DNA from: Octopus vulgaris
Lineage: Eukaryota
Direction: 5' to 3'
NCBI GenBank assembly: GCA_951406725.2
Contig: OX597831.1
Span: 72,106,001 to 72,170,000, forward strand
Length of the DNA: 64,000 bases
Below the pieces are notes generated by a model that saw only the letters and a program-made list of their open reading frames with translations, was not told the origin of the DNA and ran no database searches. Shown here piece after piece: positions 53,010 through 64,000 of the stretch. The translations under genes were made by a program, and so were the position numbers. Position 1 is the stretch's first letter, and each line of letters begins with the position of its first letter.

Positions 53010-53602
53010 ATACTTGAATGCATGCATATGTGTGTGTGTTTGTGTGAAGTTTCTGACCTCATTTTTCGTTTTTTTCTTTTTTACTTGTTTCAGTCATTTG
53101 ACTGCGGCCATGCTGGAGCACCGCCTTTAGTCGAGCAGATCGACTCCAGGACTTATTCTTTGTAAGCCCAGTACTTATTCTATCGGTCTCTTTTTGCCGA
53201 ACCGCTAAGTGACGGGGACATAAACATACCAGCATCGGTTGTCAAGCAATGCCAGGGGGACAAACACACACACAAACATACACACACATACATATATATA
53301 TATATACATATATACGACAGGCTTCTTTCAGTTTCCATCTACCAAATCCACTCACAAGGCATTGGTCGGCCCGAGGCTATAGTAGAAGACACTTGCCCAA
53401 GGTGCCATGCAGTGGGTCTGAACCCGGAACCATGTGGTTGGTAAGCAAGCTACTTACCACACAGCCATGTGTGTGTGTTTGTGTGAAGTTTTTGACCTCA
53501 TGATCATGTGGACAACAGTCCAACACTTTAACAGCACAGACATACAGACACACAAGCAAACAAATCACTATGTAACCAAAGAAATTCCATGGCGCTACTT
53601 AC

Positions 53603-53705
53603 TATTTCTGCACCTTCTGTAGCTAGTAAAGTCTGTAGTTGCGTTGAGGTACAAGCTTGTGGTACAGGGACACTCTTTGTGTTAAGTATTGAACCAATGT
53701 CAAAC
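53603..53705 (-). CDS. MTFMT: MTFMT exon C, 103 bp
   Basis: ttcctcAG acceptor, GTAAGT donor, phase 2 to phase 0. Encodes (K)FDIGSILNTKSVPVPQACTSTQLQTLLATEGAEI, with the catalytic Asp in FDxG. Confidence 0.95.
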
Positions 53706-56589
53706 CTGAGGAAAAAGACAAGAGTGACTGTCAGGTGTATTGCTACCAGGTGATTTTGACAAAGCTGTTGGAGCTGAATATTTTAAATAACAATTGCACA
53801 ATGAGGCAATCCTTTCATCATCTGTTAATTCTAAATCACAATTTTTAGCACCTTCCAACAGTGTTATTTCCTCCAACATTGCCAAACAATATTGTTGGAA
53901 GCAGCAACAGTCTTGGCTATTTTTGGGGCCCCACACTGTAAACACACATTTACTCTCCATTATTCATGCAGTTACCACAACATATTAGGTGCAGCTGTAA
54001 CTGCACCAAACATGCAATATCATATTTATTCATGTAAAATATGAAACCTTTTTGGCAAGAAAATATGATTGTGTGAGTTCCACAATGTTAACCTTATGAT
54101 AAGAGAAGAGAATTTTTATGACACCGCCTGACTGACCCTTGTGGCACGTAAAAAGCACCCACTGCACTATCAGAGTGGTTGTCATTAGGAAGGGGATCCA
54201 GCAGTAGAAACTCTGCCAGACCAGATTGGAGAGCTTGGTGCAGTCATCTGCTTTGCCAGATCTGTCAATTTGTCCAACCCATGCTAGCATGGAAAGCGGA
54301 CGTTAAACGACGACGATGATGATGATGATGATGATGATTGGTAAATGTTCAAAGGTCACTTTCAAATCTGCTTTTTGTTTCACACAGGCTGTATTAGCTT
54401 TTACAATGTATTTTATACAGCTATTAATAAATCTGACAAAACACACCATTTTCATCATCATCATCATTTAACGTCCGCTTTCCATGCTAGCATGGGTTGG
54501 ACGATTTTGACTGAGGGCTGGCGAACCAGATGGCTGCACCAGGCTCCAATTTTGATCTGGCAGAGTTTCTACAGCTGGATGCCCTTCCTAACGCCAACCA
54601 CTCCGAGAGTGTAGTGGGTGCTTTTTACGTGCCACTGGCACGGGGGCCAGTAAGGCGACTTTGGTAACGTTCACGCTCAAATGGTGCCCTTTTACGTGCC
54701 ACCAGCACGAAAGCCAGTTGGCTGCTCTGGCAACGATCACGCTTGGATGGTGCTCTTGGCACCCTACAAGCAGGGGCACAAGTGCCAGTAAGGCAACGCT
54801 GGTAACGATCCCACTTGAATGGTGCCCTTTAAGTGCCACTGGCACGGAAGCCGGTTAGCCGCTCTGTCAATGATCACGCACATTTCATAAATAGAAATGA
54901 TACAGTAAAGTATATGCACACACATATGTGTGTTTGCGTACATGTGTGATACTCCCGGACATGTATGTACACAGTACCCAACATGTATCAGCAACTTAAC
55001 AGATAAGAATGTTATGATAATTAGTTTAGATTTAAATGCCCCTGGTCCAAATCCAGATTGGTATTATGTACACATGCAGGACTAAGAGATGTATTATCTA
55101 GAGATCAAGCTGATCCAAATGTAATGATGAGCTTTCTCACTGTTTTCATCTATGAAGTTCACTCACAAGGCATTGGTTGGCCCAGGGCTATAATAAGGAA
55201 CATTTAACTTACCCAAAGCGGGACTGAACTTGAAGTCAAGTGGTTGCAAAGTGAGCTGTTTAATCACATGGCCATGCATCCACCTAAGGATCATCATCAT
55301 CATCGTTTAACATCCACCTTCCATGCTGTCATGGGTGGGATGATTTGAGAGGAGCTGGCCATGTAGAAGCCTACACCAGATTTCTGTGACTGTTTTGGCA
55401 GAATTTTTACAGCTGGATGCCCTTCCTAACACCAACCCCTCAGCAGAGTGGACGTAGGGCTTTTTACATGGCACAAGCACAGGCTTGGTTAGTTTTGGCA
55501 AGGTTTTTATAGCTGGATGCCTTTCCAAATGCCAACCACTTTACAGTGTGGACTGGATGCTTTTTAAGTGGCACCTGCACTGACAGAGTCACCAAGTGCC
55601 TTGCAAAACAAAAATGTCTTTTGAGACGGGAGGGGGCATTGGGGTAGGGTGATCTTGTGTCAGATGATGAAAGGTTATAGTGAGACAGAGAGACAGAAAG
55701 AGGTGTCTTGCTGTAGGGTAAGGTTACTTGGCAAGGGTGGGTGGGGGGGATAAGGAAATGAAGACAGAAACAGGTGTGCTGCTGCAAAGGAGATCCATGG
55801 TTACCCAACCTGAGGGAAGGGCAGGAGAAGGAGAGAGGGAGAGTGGGAGACAGCAGGATAGAGATGGAGGAAAAGTGCCAGGCATACTCACAAGGAACAG
55901 GGATCAGAATATAAATGGGATGGTTGAGTAAAGGAAGACAGAGATAGATAGATGGTGGCAAGTGCCAGGGTACACTGCTAAGGTTCAAATGTCATAATAT
56001 AAGTGGCAGGATATTGTGAAATAAATGTGATTAGTGAGTGTGGAGGGTGGGGAAGTGAATGGCGAAAACCTGGGTATATATAGAGTGGGAGGGAGGCTAC
56101 TGGATAGCAATGATGGAGAGAAACTGGACCGTGAGGATTGGTGAGTGTGAGGTAGGTATAGTGTACGAAGGAGGAAATGTGAGGAAGAGAAGAGATGTAG
56201 ATATGAAGATTGGTTTGTTGGGGGTAGGGTGTGCGAAATGTTTTCTTGTTATGTGTGGGTGGAACACACAGGTTGGGGGGGGGGGGGGGGCTAGCAGATA
56301 GCAGTGATACAGTGTGACAGGGCATGTGGGTGGAACACACAGGTCAGGGTCTAGCAGAGAGCAATGATACAGTAGGACAGGGCCAAGAGAACAGGATTGG
56401 GGGAGTGGGAGGTAAGCATAGTGCATGAGGCGAGAATACAAGGAAGAGAAGTGATGTAGAGATGTAGTTTGGTTTGTTGTGGTAGGGTGTGTGAGAAGTT
56501 AGCTTGTTAAGTCTGGGTGGGACACACAGTGCTTCTAGAACTCAGTTTCACTGTCTTCTCAAGAACCTCATATTTGTTTCTCCTCAAGA

Positions 56590-57170
56590 ACCTCACATCG
56601 CCAGACATCTCAGTTCATTGTCATTTCCTCTGTGAGACCCAACTTCCTGAGATCGGTCCTTACCACTTCATCCCACATCTTCCTGGGTCTCCCTTTTCCA
56701 CGGGTACCATCTACTTTCAGTGATCAGCATTTCTTTATGCAGCTGTCCTCATTCATGCACATCACATGTCCAAACCAACATAGTCTTCTCTCTTGCATGC
56801 TACATTTGATTCCTCTTATGCCCAACTTTTCTCTCATTACATTTGCACTTTGCCGTACATGTGCACTGAGGTTACACATCCAATGGCGCATACTACCTTC
56901 GTTTCTCTCCAGTCTATGCATGTCTTCTGTATTCAGAACCAATGTCTCACTACCATGGAGTATAGCCATTTACACACAAGCATCATACAATCTACCCTTC
57001 ACTCTGTTGCCAACAGAGGTAATAGCTCACTGAACTTCCTCTACTCTATTCTTATTCTAGAAACAATGCTTTCAGAGCATCCTCCACCATTGCTAACTTG
57101 GTCACCTAGGTAACAGAAACTATTTACAACCTCAAGAGAGACTCCTGGACATTTAAGAGAATCTAAGTCT
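56590..57170 (-). mobile_element. Second RTE-clade LINE fragment
   Basis: AILHGSETLVLNTEDMHRLERNEGSMRHWMC...MQERRLCWFGHV; paralogous to 33470-34180. Confidence 0.85.
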
Positions 57171-57506
57171 TATCTGAGGGTAAGATTGAAAGTTATTATC
57201 ATCTTAATCATCATCATCATCATTTAACGTCCGCTTTCCATGCTAGCATGGGTTGGACGGTTCAACTGGGGTCTGTGAAGCCAGAAGGCTGCATCAGGCC
57301 CAGTCTGATCTGGCAGTGTTTCTACGGCTGGATGCCCTTCCTAACGCCAACCACTCCGGGAGTGTAGTGGGTGCTTTTTACGTGCCACCCGCACAGGTGC
57401 CAGACGGAGCTGGCAGACGGCCACAGACAGATGGTGCTTTTTATGTGCCACCGGCACGGGGGCCAGGCGAGGCTGGCAGTAAATGTTGAGGAATAAAATG
57501 ACTTAC

Positions 57507-57629
57507 TTTTTAGGCCTGATCTTCATTACTGAAACACCAGTGACTGTGTCTCCATTCACTATGGTATGGATGATAGGAGCTGCACCACGCCACCGAGGCA
57601 GAAGGCTTGCATGGACATTGAGTATTCCA
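57507..57629 (-). CDS. MTFMT: MTFMT exon B, 123 bp, formyltransferase catalytic motif
   Basis: AG and GTAAGT boundaries, phase 2 to phase 2. Encodes (H)[40 protein letters not shown], containing the NxHxSLLPxxRG motif. Confidence 0.97.
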
Positions 57630-57971
57630 CTAAGAAATGAAAAAAAATGTCAATCATGAATTACTAAAGATAAATATATACACAAAGCTATTCGATCATT
57701 CATCATCATTTAATGCTTAGTTTTCCATGCTTGCATGGGTCAGATGGGATTTGTTGAGGCAGATTTTCTATAGTCGAATGCCCTCCCTGTCATCAAACTC
57801 TCGTCTGTTTCCAGGCAAAGGAATATATCCAAGGCCAGGCATGTCTTATCACAGAAGACTACCTTTACCATTTTGTAATATTTCTACCATTTGTTATGTA
57901 GCTAAAACTTAGACTGAATAACACGAATGTCCTTGTACTGTCTAATTGTTTGCCTTTCCTCACTACTTTAG

Positions 57972-58490
57972 TTCAAATTCCGCTGAGATTGACTTTGCCT
58001 TTCATCCTTTCGAGGTCGATTAAATAAGTACCAGTTACGCACTGGGGTCGATATAATCGACTCAATCCATTTGTCTGTCCTTGTTTGTCCCCTCTGTATT
58101 TAGCCCCTTGTGGGTAGTAAAGAAATAGGTATTTCGTCTGCCGTTATGTTCTGAGTTCAAATTCCGCCAAGGTCGACTTTGCCTTTCATTCTTTCAGGGT
58201 CGATTAAATAAGTACTAGTTACGCACTGGGGTCGCTATAATCGACTCAATCCATTTGTCTGTCCCCTCTGTATTTAGCCCCTTGTGGGTAGTAAAGAAAT
58301 AGGTATTTTGTCTGCTGTTATGTTCTGAGTTCAAATTCCGCCAAGGTCGACTTTGCCTTTCAGCCTTTCAGGGTCGATAAATTAAGTACCAGTTACACAC
58401 TGGGGTCGATGTATTTGACTTAATCCCTTTGTCTGTCCTTGTTTGTCCCCTCTATGTTTAGCCCCTTGTGGGCAATAAAGAAATAAGAAA
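57972..58490 (+). mobile_element. Tandem trimer of SINE family B
   Basis: Three 175-185 bp units joined at AAAGAAATAGGTATTT(C/T)GTCTGC. Confidence 0.88.
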
Positions 58491-59176
58491 CTGAAAGAAG
58501 CTTGTTGTGTGTGTGTGTGAGTGTCTCTTTGTGTATGTGCTTGTTCCCCACCACTGCTTAACAACTGGTGTCAGTTTGTTTACGTCCCCATAACTTAGCA
58601 GTTCAGCAAAAATGACCAATAGAATAAGTACCAGACAAAATTTTTAAAATGGGGTCAATTTGTTTGACGAAGATCCTTCAAGGCTGAAGTCCAATGACTG
58701 TAACAAGTAAAAGAATAAACAATATCTTTTACTTGTTTCAGTCATTAGACTGTGGCCATACTGGAACACCACTTTCAAGAATTTTTAGTTGAATGAATTG
58801 ACCCAGTACTTATTAATCCTGGTACTTATTCTATGGGTCTCTTTGGCCAAACCACTAAGTTACTGGGATGCAAACACACCAACACCAGTCATGAAGCAGT
58901 GGTGTGAGGACAAACATAGACACAAAGACACATACATATATAGATATATACAACAGGCTTCTTTCAGTTTCCACCTACCAAATCCACTCACAAGGCTAAC
59001 AGTTCAAAATTGTACAAAACACAATATTTTGTATGCTCTTCTACAGAAAGGAATGAGGAGAGAAAACAGATGGAGAAAGGAGAAAAGAGAAGAGGGAAAA
59101 AGTGTCTGGATTAAGGTTGCACATGGAAGGAAGGAAGTGGTTGGGGTCATGCTGAAAATATGAAATTCTCACTTAC

Positions 59177-59319
59177 TGTGGAAACATTCGGATAATCTTT
59201 CCAGGAATCAGACATCCAAAAGACACCACGACTCCAATATCGTACTTATTTTTCATGACAGCAATTGGCCATGAATACAGCTTGAGGTGGTTTTCTTCGG
59301 CAAAGTTATTCACCAAACA
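59177..59319 (-). CDS. MTFMT: MTFMT (mitochondrial methionyl-tRNA formyltransferase), internal exon A, 143 bp
   Basis: Polypyrimidine tract and AG acceptor (59321-59320), GTAAGT donor. Translates CLVNNFAEENHLKLYSWPIAVMKNKYDIGVVVSFGCLIPGKIIRMFP, matching the YDVGVVASFG..L..FP region of MTFMT. Ends in phase 2. Confidence 0.93.
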
Positions 59320-61730
59320 CTAATTGAAGTGGAAAGAAGAAGTAGAAATGAAAAATAGAAGAAAAAAAAGAAAAAGAACAGAGACAGTAATCATCATCAT
59401 CATCATCATCATCATCATTTAGCGTCCGCTTTCCACGCTAGCATGGGTTGGATGGTTTAACTGGGGTCTGGGAAGCCAGAAGGCTGCACCAGGCCCAGTC
59501 TGATCTGGCAATGTTTCTATGGCTAGATGCCCTTCCTAACGCCAAAGAAGATACCGGATCAATAAAAGTAGTACCAATATCATCATCATCATCATCGTCA
59601 TCATTGAAGATCCATTTTCCATGCTAGCATGGGTCAGATGGTTTCACTGGAGCTGGCAAGTTGTTTTGGCTTCGTTTTAATGGCTGGACGCCCTTTCTAA
59701 TACCTATTTCTTTATTACCCACAAGGGGCTAAACACAGAAGGGACAAACAAGGACAGACATAGGCATTAAGTTGATTACATCGACCCCAGTGCGTAACTG
59801 GTACTTAATTTATCGACCCTGAAAGGATGAAAGGCAAAGTCAAACTCAGCGGAATTTGAACTCACAACGTAACGCAGACGAAATACCGCTAAGCATTTTG
59901 CCTGACGTGCTAACGTTTCTGCCAACTCGCCCTTTCTAATACCAACCACTCCGCAGAGTGAAATAGGTGTCTTTCACATGTTCCTGTCATGGATGCCTTT
60001 TACGTGTCATCGGCACAGGTGCCTTTTACATGTCACTGGTATGGATGCCTTTTATACGTCACCAGTACAGGTGCCTTTCATGTGATACCACCACTGGCCA
60101 TGACTACAATTTGACATAGCTTGACCACCTCTGTTTGACTCAACATCTGAAAATCGTATTTAACCCAATGTAGAGCAAAATACTAATTACTGAAACTGAG
60201 ATCATTGAACATGTATATAAAGTACTCTTGACCAAGTCAACATGGGTGCAGGTGTGGCTGTGGGGTAAGACGTGTGCTTCCCAATCCCATGGTTCAGGGT
60301 TCGGTCTCACTATGTGGCACCATGAACAAGTGTCTTCTACTATAACCTCAGGCCAGCCAAAGCCTTGTGAGTGGATCTGGCAGATGGAAACTGAAAGAAG
60401 CCTATCACCATCATCGTTTAACGTCTGCTTTCCATGCTAGCATGGGTTGGACAGTTCGACCGGGGTCTGGGAAGCCAGAAGGCTGCACCAGGCCCCAATC
60501 TGATCTGGCAGTGTTTCTACAGCTGGATGCCCTTCCTAACGCCAACCACTCCGTGAGTGTAGTGGATGCCTTTTACGTGCCACCAGCACGTGTGTATTTG
60601 TGCCTGTGTTTGTCCCCACCACCATCACCACTTCACAACTGGTGTCGGTGTCTACAACTGGTGCGTTGGTGTGTGACTTAGCAGTTCGGCAAAAAGAGAC
60701 CGATAGAAGAAGTAGCAGGCTTTAAAAAAAAATAAGTACAGGGGTTGATTCATTCAACTAAAAATCATTCAAGGCAGTGCTCCAGCATGGCCACAGTCTA
60801 ATGACTGAAACAAGTAAAAGAATAAAAGAGAGAGTGTGTGTGTGTGTGTGCACATAATCATCACATTTGCCATAGTAAACAATGCTACCATCATCAGCAT
60901 TTTGATGTCCACATATCCATGCTTGCAGGTGTCAGATGGAATTCATTAGATTAGACTTTCCACAGCTGTATGCTCTTCCTGTCACCAACCCTTACCTATT
61001 TCCTTACTACCCACAAGGGGCTAAACACAGAGAGGACAAACAAGGACAGACAAACGGATTAAGTCGATTATATCGACCCCAGTACATAACTGGTACTTAT
61101 TTAATCGACCCCGAAAGGATGAAAGGCGACCTCGGCGGAATTTGAACCCAGAACGTGGTGGCAGATGAAATACTGCTAAGCATTTCGCCCGGCGTGCTAA
61201 CGTTTCTGCCAGCTCGCCGCCTTATCCAAGCCATACCTGTTTCCAAACAAAGTAATATGCTGTTAAATGAATATGCATTTTTAGGAAATGGGGTCAAACT
61301 GACCCCAAGGTACCGCTAACATAACGTTTTTTCATGGTACTACACCATAGTTAAACATGATGTTAACACCAATCACTGCAATATTTCAGGTATATATTAA
61401 AATCATTTCTTACACAGTGCGTAAGGTGAAACATTTTTGAGAACTGTAGACTCATGCACTTCGTGGGGAAAGTTAAACAAAATTCTGTTTCCAAAATTTG
61501 GAAAACAAAATCTAGAAAACCATTGCTTACACTCTCTCTTTCTCTCTTTTACTTGTTTCAGTCATTTGACTGTGGCCATGCTGGAGCACCGCCTTTAGTC
61601 GAGTAAATCGACCCCAGGACTTATTCTTTGTAAGCCTAGTACTTATTCTATCGATGTCTTTTTCTGAACCGGTAAGTTACGGGTACGTAAACACACCAGC
61701 ATCGGTTGTCAAGCGATGTTGGGAGGACAA

Positions 61731-61795
<65 letters not shown>

Positions 61796-63125
61796 CATAC
61801 ATATGACGGGTTTCTGCCAGTTTCCATCTACCAAATCCACTCACAAGGCTTTGGTTGGCCCAAGGCTATAGTAGAAGACTGAACCCTGAACCATGTGGTT
61901 GGTAAGCAAGCTACTTACCACACAGCCATTCTTACGCCTATATACATATATATACACTGTTTTATTTATCAAACCAATCTTTTAGCTTTTACTTGTTTCA
62001 GTCATTGGACTGTGTCCATGCTGGGGCACCACCTTGAAAGGTTTAGTTGAACAATTCAATCCCAGTATTCATTTTGTAAGTCTGGTACCAATAAGTTATA
62101 GTCATAAACAAAGCAACACCGGTCGTCAAGAGGAGATGAGGGTTGCGACAAATACAAACGTATATATGCATAAACAACGGGCTTCCACGCAGTTTCCGCC
62201 GACTAAATTCACTCACAAGCATCAGTATGGATTTTCTAAAGCCTTAAATTACATTTTTATAAATCCGTTTTGAGGAACCTTCAGTTCAAATGACGATGAA
62301 ATATACAGAATTTTAACTCCGCTTATATTGAGTTAAAATACATAATTAACACTATGCTTTACTCTTTGTCGCCGGGGGTCAAAATACTAAATCTGATTTC
62401 GTAATAATGATTATAATTGAAGCTCTTGAACAGGAAAGAAGAGATACAACGAATTAAACGATTATGAAAGTTGTAGGGGAGGCTACTCTGTCATACGTGT
62501 TGATTATCCATTTCTATATTATTATGGCTTGAACGGCTCCACACATTTAGAAAAATTTGCGCGATGTTCTCTTTGCTTAGACAACGGTAACCCTGACACA
62601 GCAGATTTCTGACCAAGGAGCTCCAGCCTTGACCATCCGGTTGGTTTTTCCAGGAATAGTGTATCTGGACCACATAATTAAAGTATCCTTCCTTTCTTTT
62701 TAAGAGTTTTATTTGAGGTCAGATTTGAAGTAGGTGATGTTAATTTTTAACGGTTATTTTCCTATAACAAGAAATGTTTTCCATAGAAGACTGGAAACAA
62801 ACAACCTCGCTAATATAACGATGATGCTCATTTGCAACCATTACATTATATCTAGACAAGAGTATACACAAACATAATATATATTTCTTCATTGCCCACA
62901 AGGGGCTAAACACAGAGAGGACAAACAAAGACAAAGGGATTAAGTCGATTACCTCGACCCCAGTGCGTAGCTGGTACTTTATTTATCGACCCCGAAAGGA
63001 TGAAAGGCAAAGTCGACCTCGGCGGAATTTGAACTCAGAACGTAACGGCAGACGAAATACGGCTACACATTTCGCCCGGCGTGCTAACGATTCTGCCAGC
63101 TCGCCACCAAACACAAACATAATAC

Positions 63126-63328
63126 AGTATAGTAAGGCAACAGAGTAATGTCGTTAGTAGGAGAAGTTAGGTAGGTGAAGAAGGAGGGTGTTATACTGTC
63201 ATTGAATAAATTAAGTTAAAAGAAGTTCCCTTAATTAATTCATTCAGTTACAGTAATTAAGCTTCCTCCTTTGCCTTCATAACCTCTCCTACTAATGGTG
63301 TTACCCTGTCGTCTTACTATACTATACT
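63126..63328. mobile_element. Foldback or MITE-like degenerate hairpin of about 200 bp
   Basis: AGTATAGTAAGGCAACAGAGTAATGTCGTTAGTAGGAGAAGTTA pairs imperfectly with TAACCTCTCCTACTAATGGTGTTACCCTGTCGTCTTACTACTATACT. Confidence 0.6.
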
Positions 63329-64000
63329 AAAACCATGTTACCTGAGATACACCAACACATTATTACACAAACATACATATAAACATCATCATCGTTTAAC
63401 GTCCGCTTTCCATGCTAGCATGGGTTGGACGAATGACTGAGGGCTGGCGAACCAGATGGCTGCACCAGGCTCCAATCTTGATCTGGCAGAGTTCCTACAG
63501 CTGGATGCCCTTCCTAATGCCAACCACTCCGAGAGTGTAGTGGGTGCTTTTACAGGCCACCGGAAGGGAGGCCAGTCAGGCAGTACTGGCAATGACCTCA
63601 CTCGAATCTTTTTACACATGCCACCGGCACAGGTGCCAGTAAGGCGACGTTGGTAACGATCACGCTCGAATGGTGCCCTTTTACGTGCACGGAAGCCAGT
63701 TGGCTGCTCTGGCAACGATCACGCTTGGATGGTGCTCTTTGCACCCTACTAGCACGGGCACAAGTGCCAGTAAGGCGACACTGGTAATGATCACACTTAA
63801 ATAGTATCCTTTTATGTGCCACTGGCACAGAAGCCGGTTAGCTGCTCTGTCAAATGATCACACTCGTATGGTGCTCTTTGCACCTCGCTAGCACGGATGC
63901 CAGTCATCGAATTTGAATTATTGATGTTACATATTTAATGAATGTGTTTTGTTTTTAATGCTTGGAATTTCATTAGAGGAACGTCCCTTTAAGACATCAA

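Noticed and set aside
53706-53960. 86 aa minus-strand ORF abutting MTFMT exon C
   Set aside because: It runs through the polypyrimidine tract and acceptor in a different frame and has no recognisable homology, so it is intronic.
62491-62673. Minus-strand ORF with a GTATGA donor as a candidate MTFMT 5' exon
   Set aside because: It has no ATG in frame and no similarity to the FFGTD or LEVV regions. Its upstream half resembles a dispersed repeat also seen near 36120 and 40815.

Overview
This is AT-rich, repeat-saturated eukaryotic DNA. The SINE, LINE and microsatellite landscape suggests an octopus or other coleoid cephalopod, but that is an inference from repeat families only. Most ORFs in the supplied track are microsatellite artefacts. 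One host gene can be rebuilt by hand on the minus strand: mitochondrial methionyl-tRNA formyltransferase (MTFMT). It has 7 phase-compatible GT-AG exons from 59319 to 26985 (298 aa plus stop); its 5' exons were not found and probably lie beyond 64000. The rest is mobile DNA: a Helitron PIF1 helicase relic, R4/Dong, RTE and CR1/L2-type LINE fragments, two Penelope-like GIY-YIG fragments, an intron-containing DD34E Tc1 element, several mariner relics, a hAT relic, MITEs and dozens of tRNA-derived SINEs. The most striking unannotated layer is about 10 hammerhead-ribozyme motifs carried by distinct short Penelope/retrozyme-like elements. These elements form long palindromes or partial tandems and mostly sit in (TA)n tracts. 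Two unrelated motifs carry a compensatory U3-A8 core, and some lie in MTFMT introns. Also notable are a U6 snRNA fused to a retroposon 3' tail, and a SINE whose target duplications repeatedly end in the same AATACC as its own tail. All calls were made by eye; repeat boundaries are approximate.
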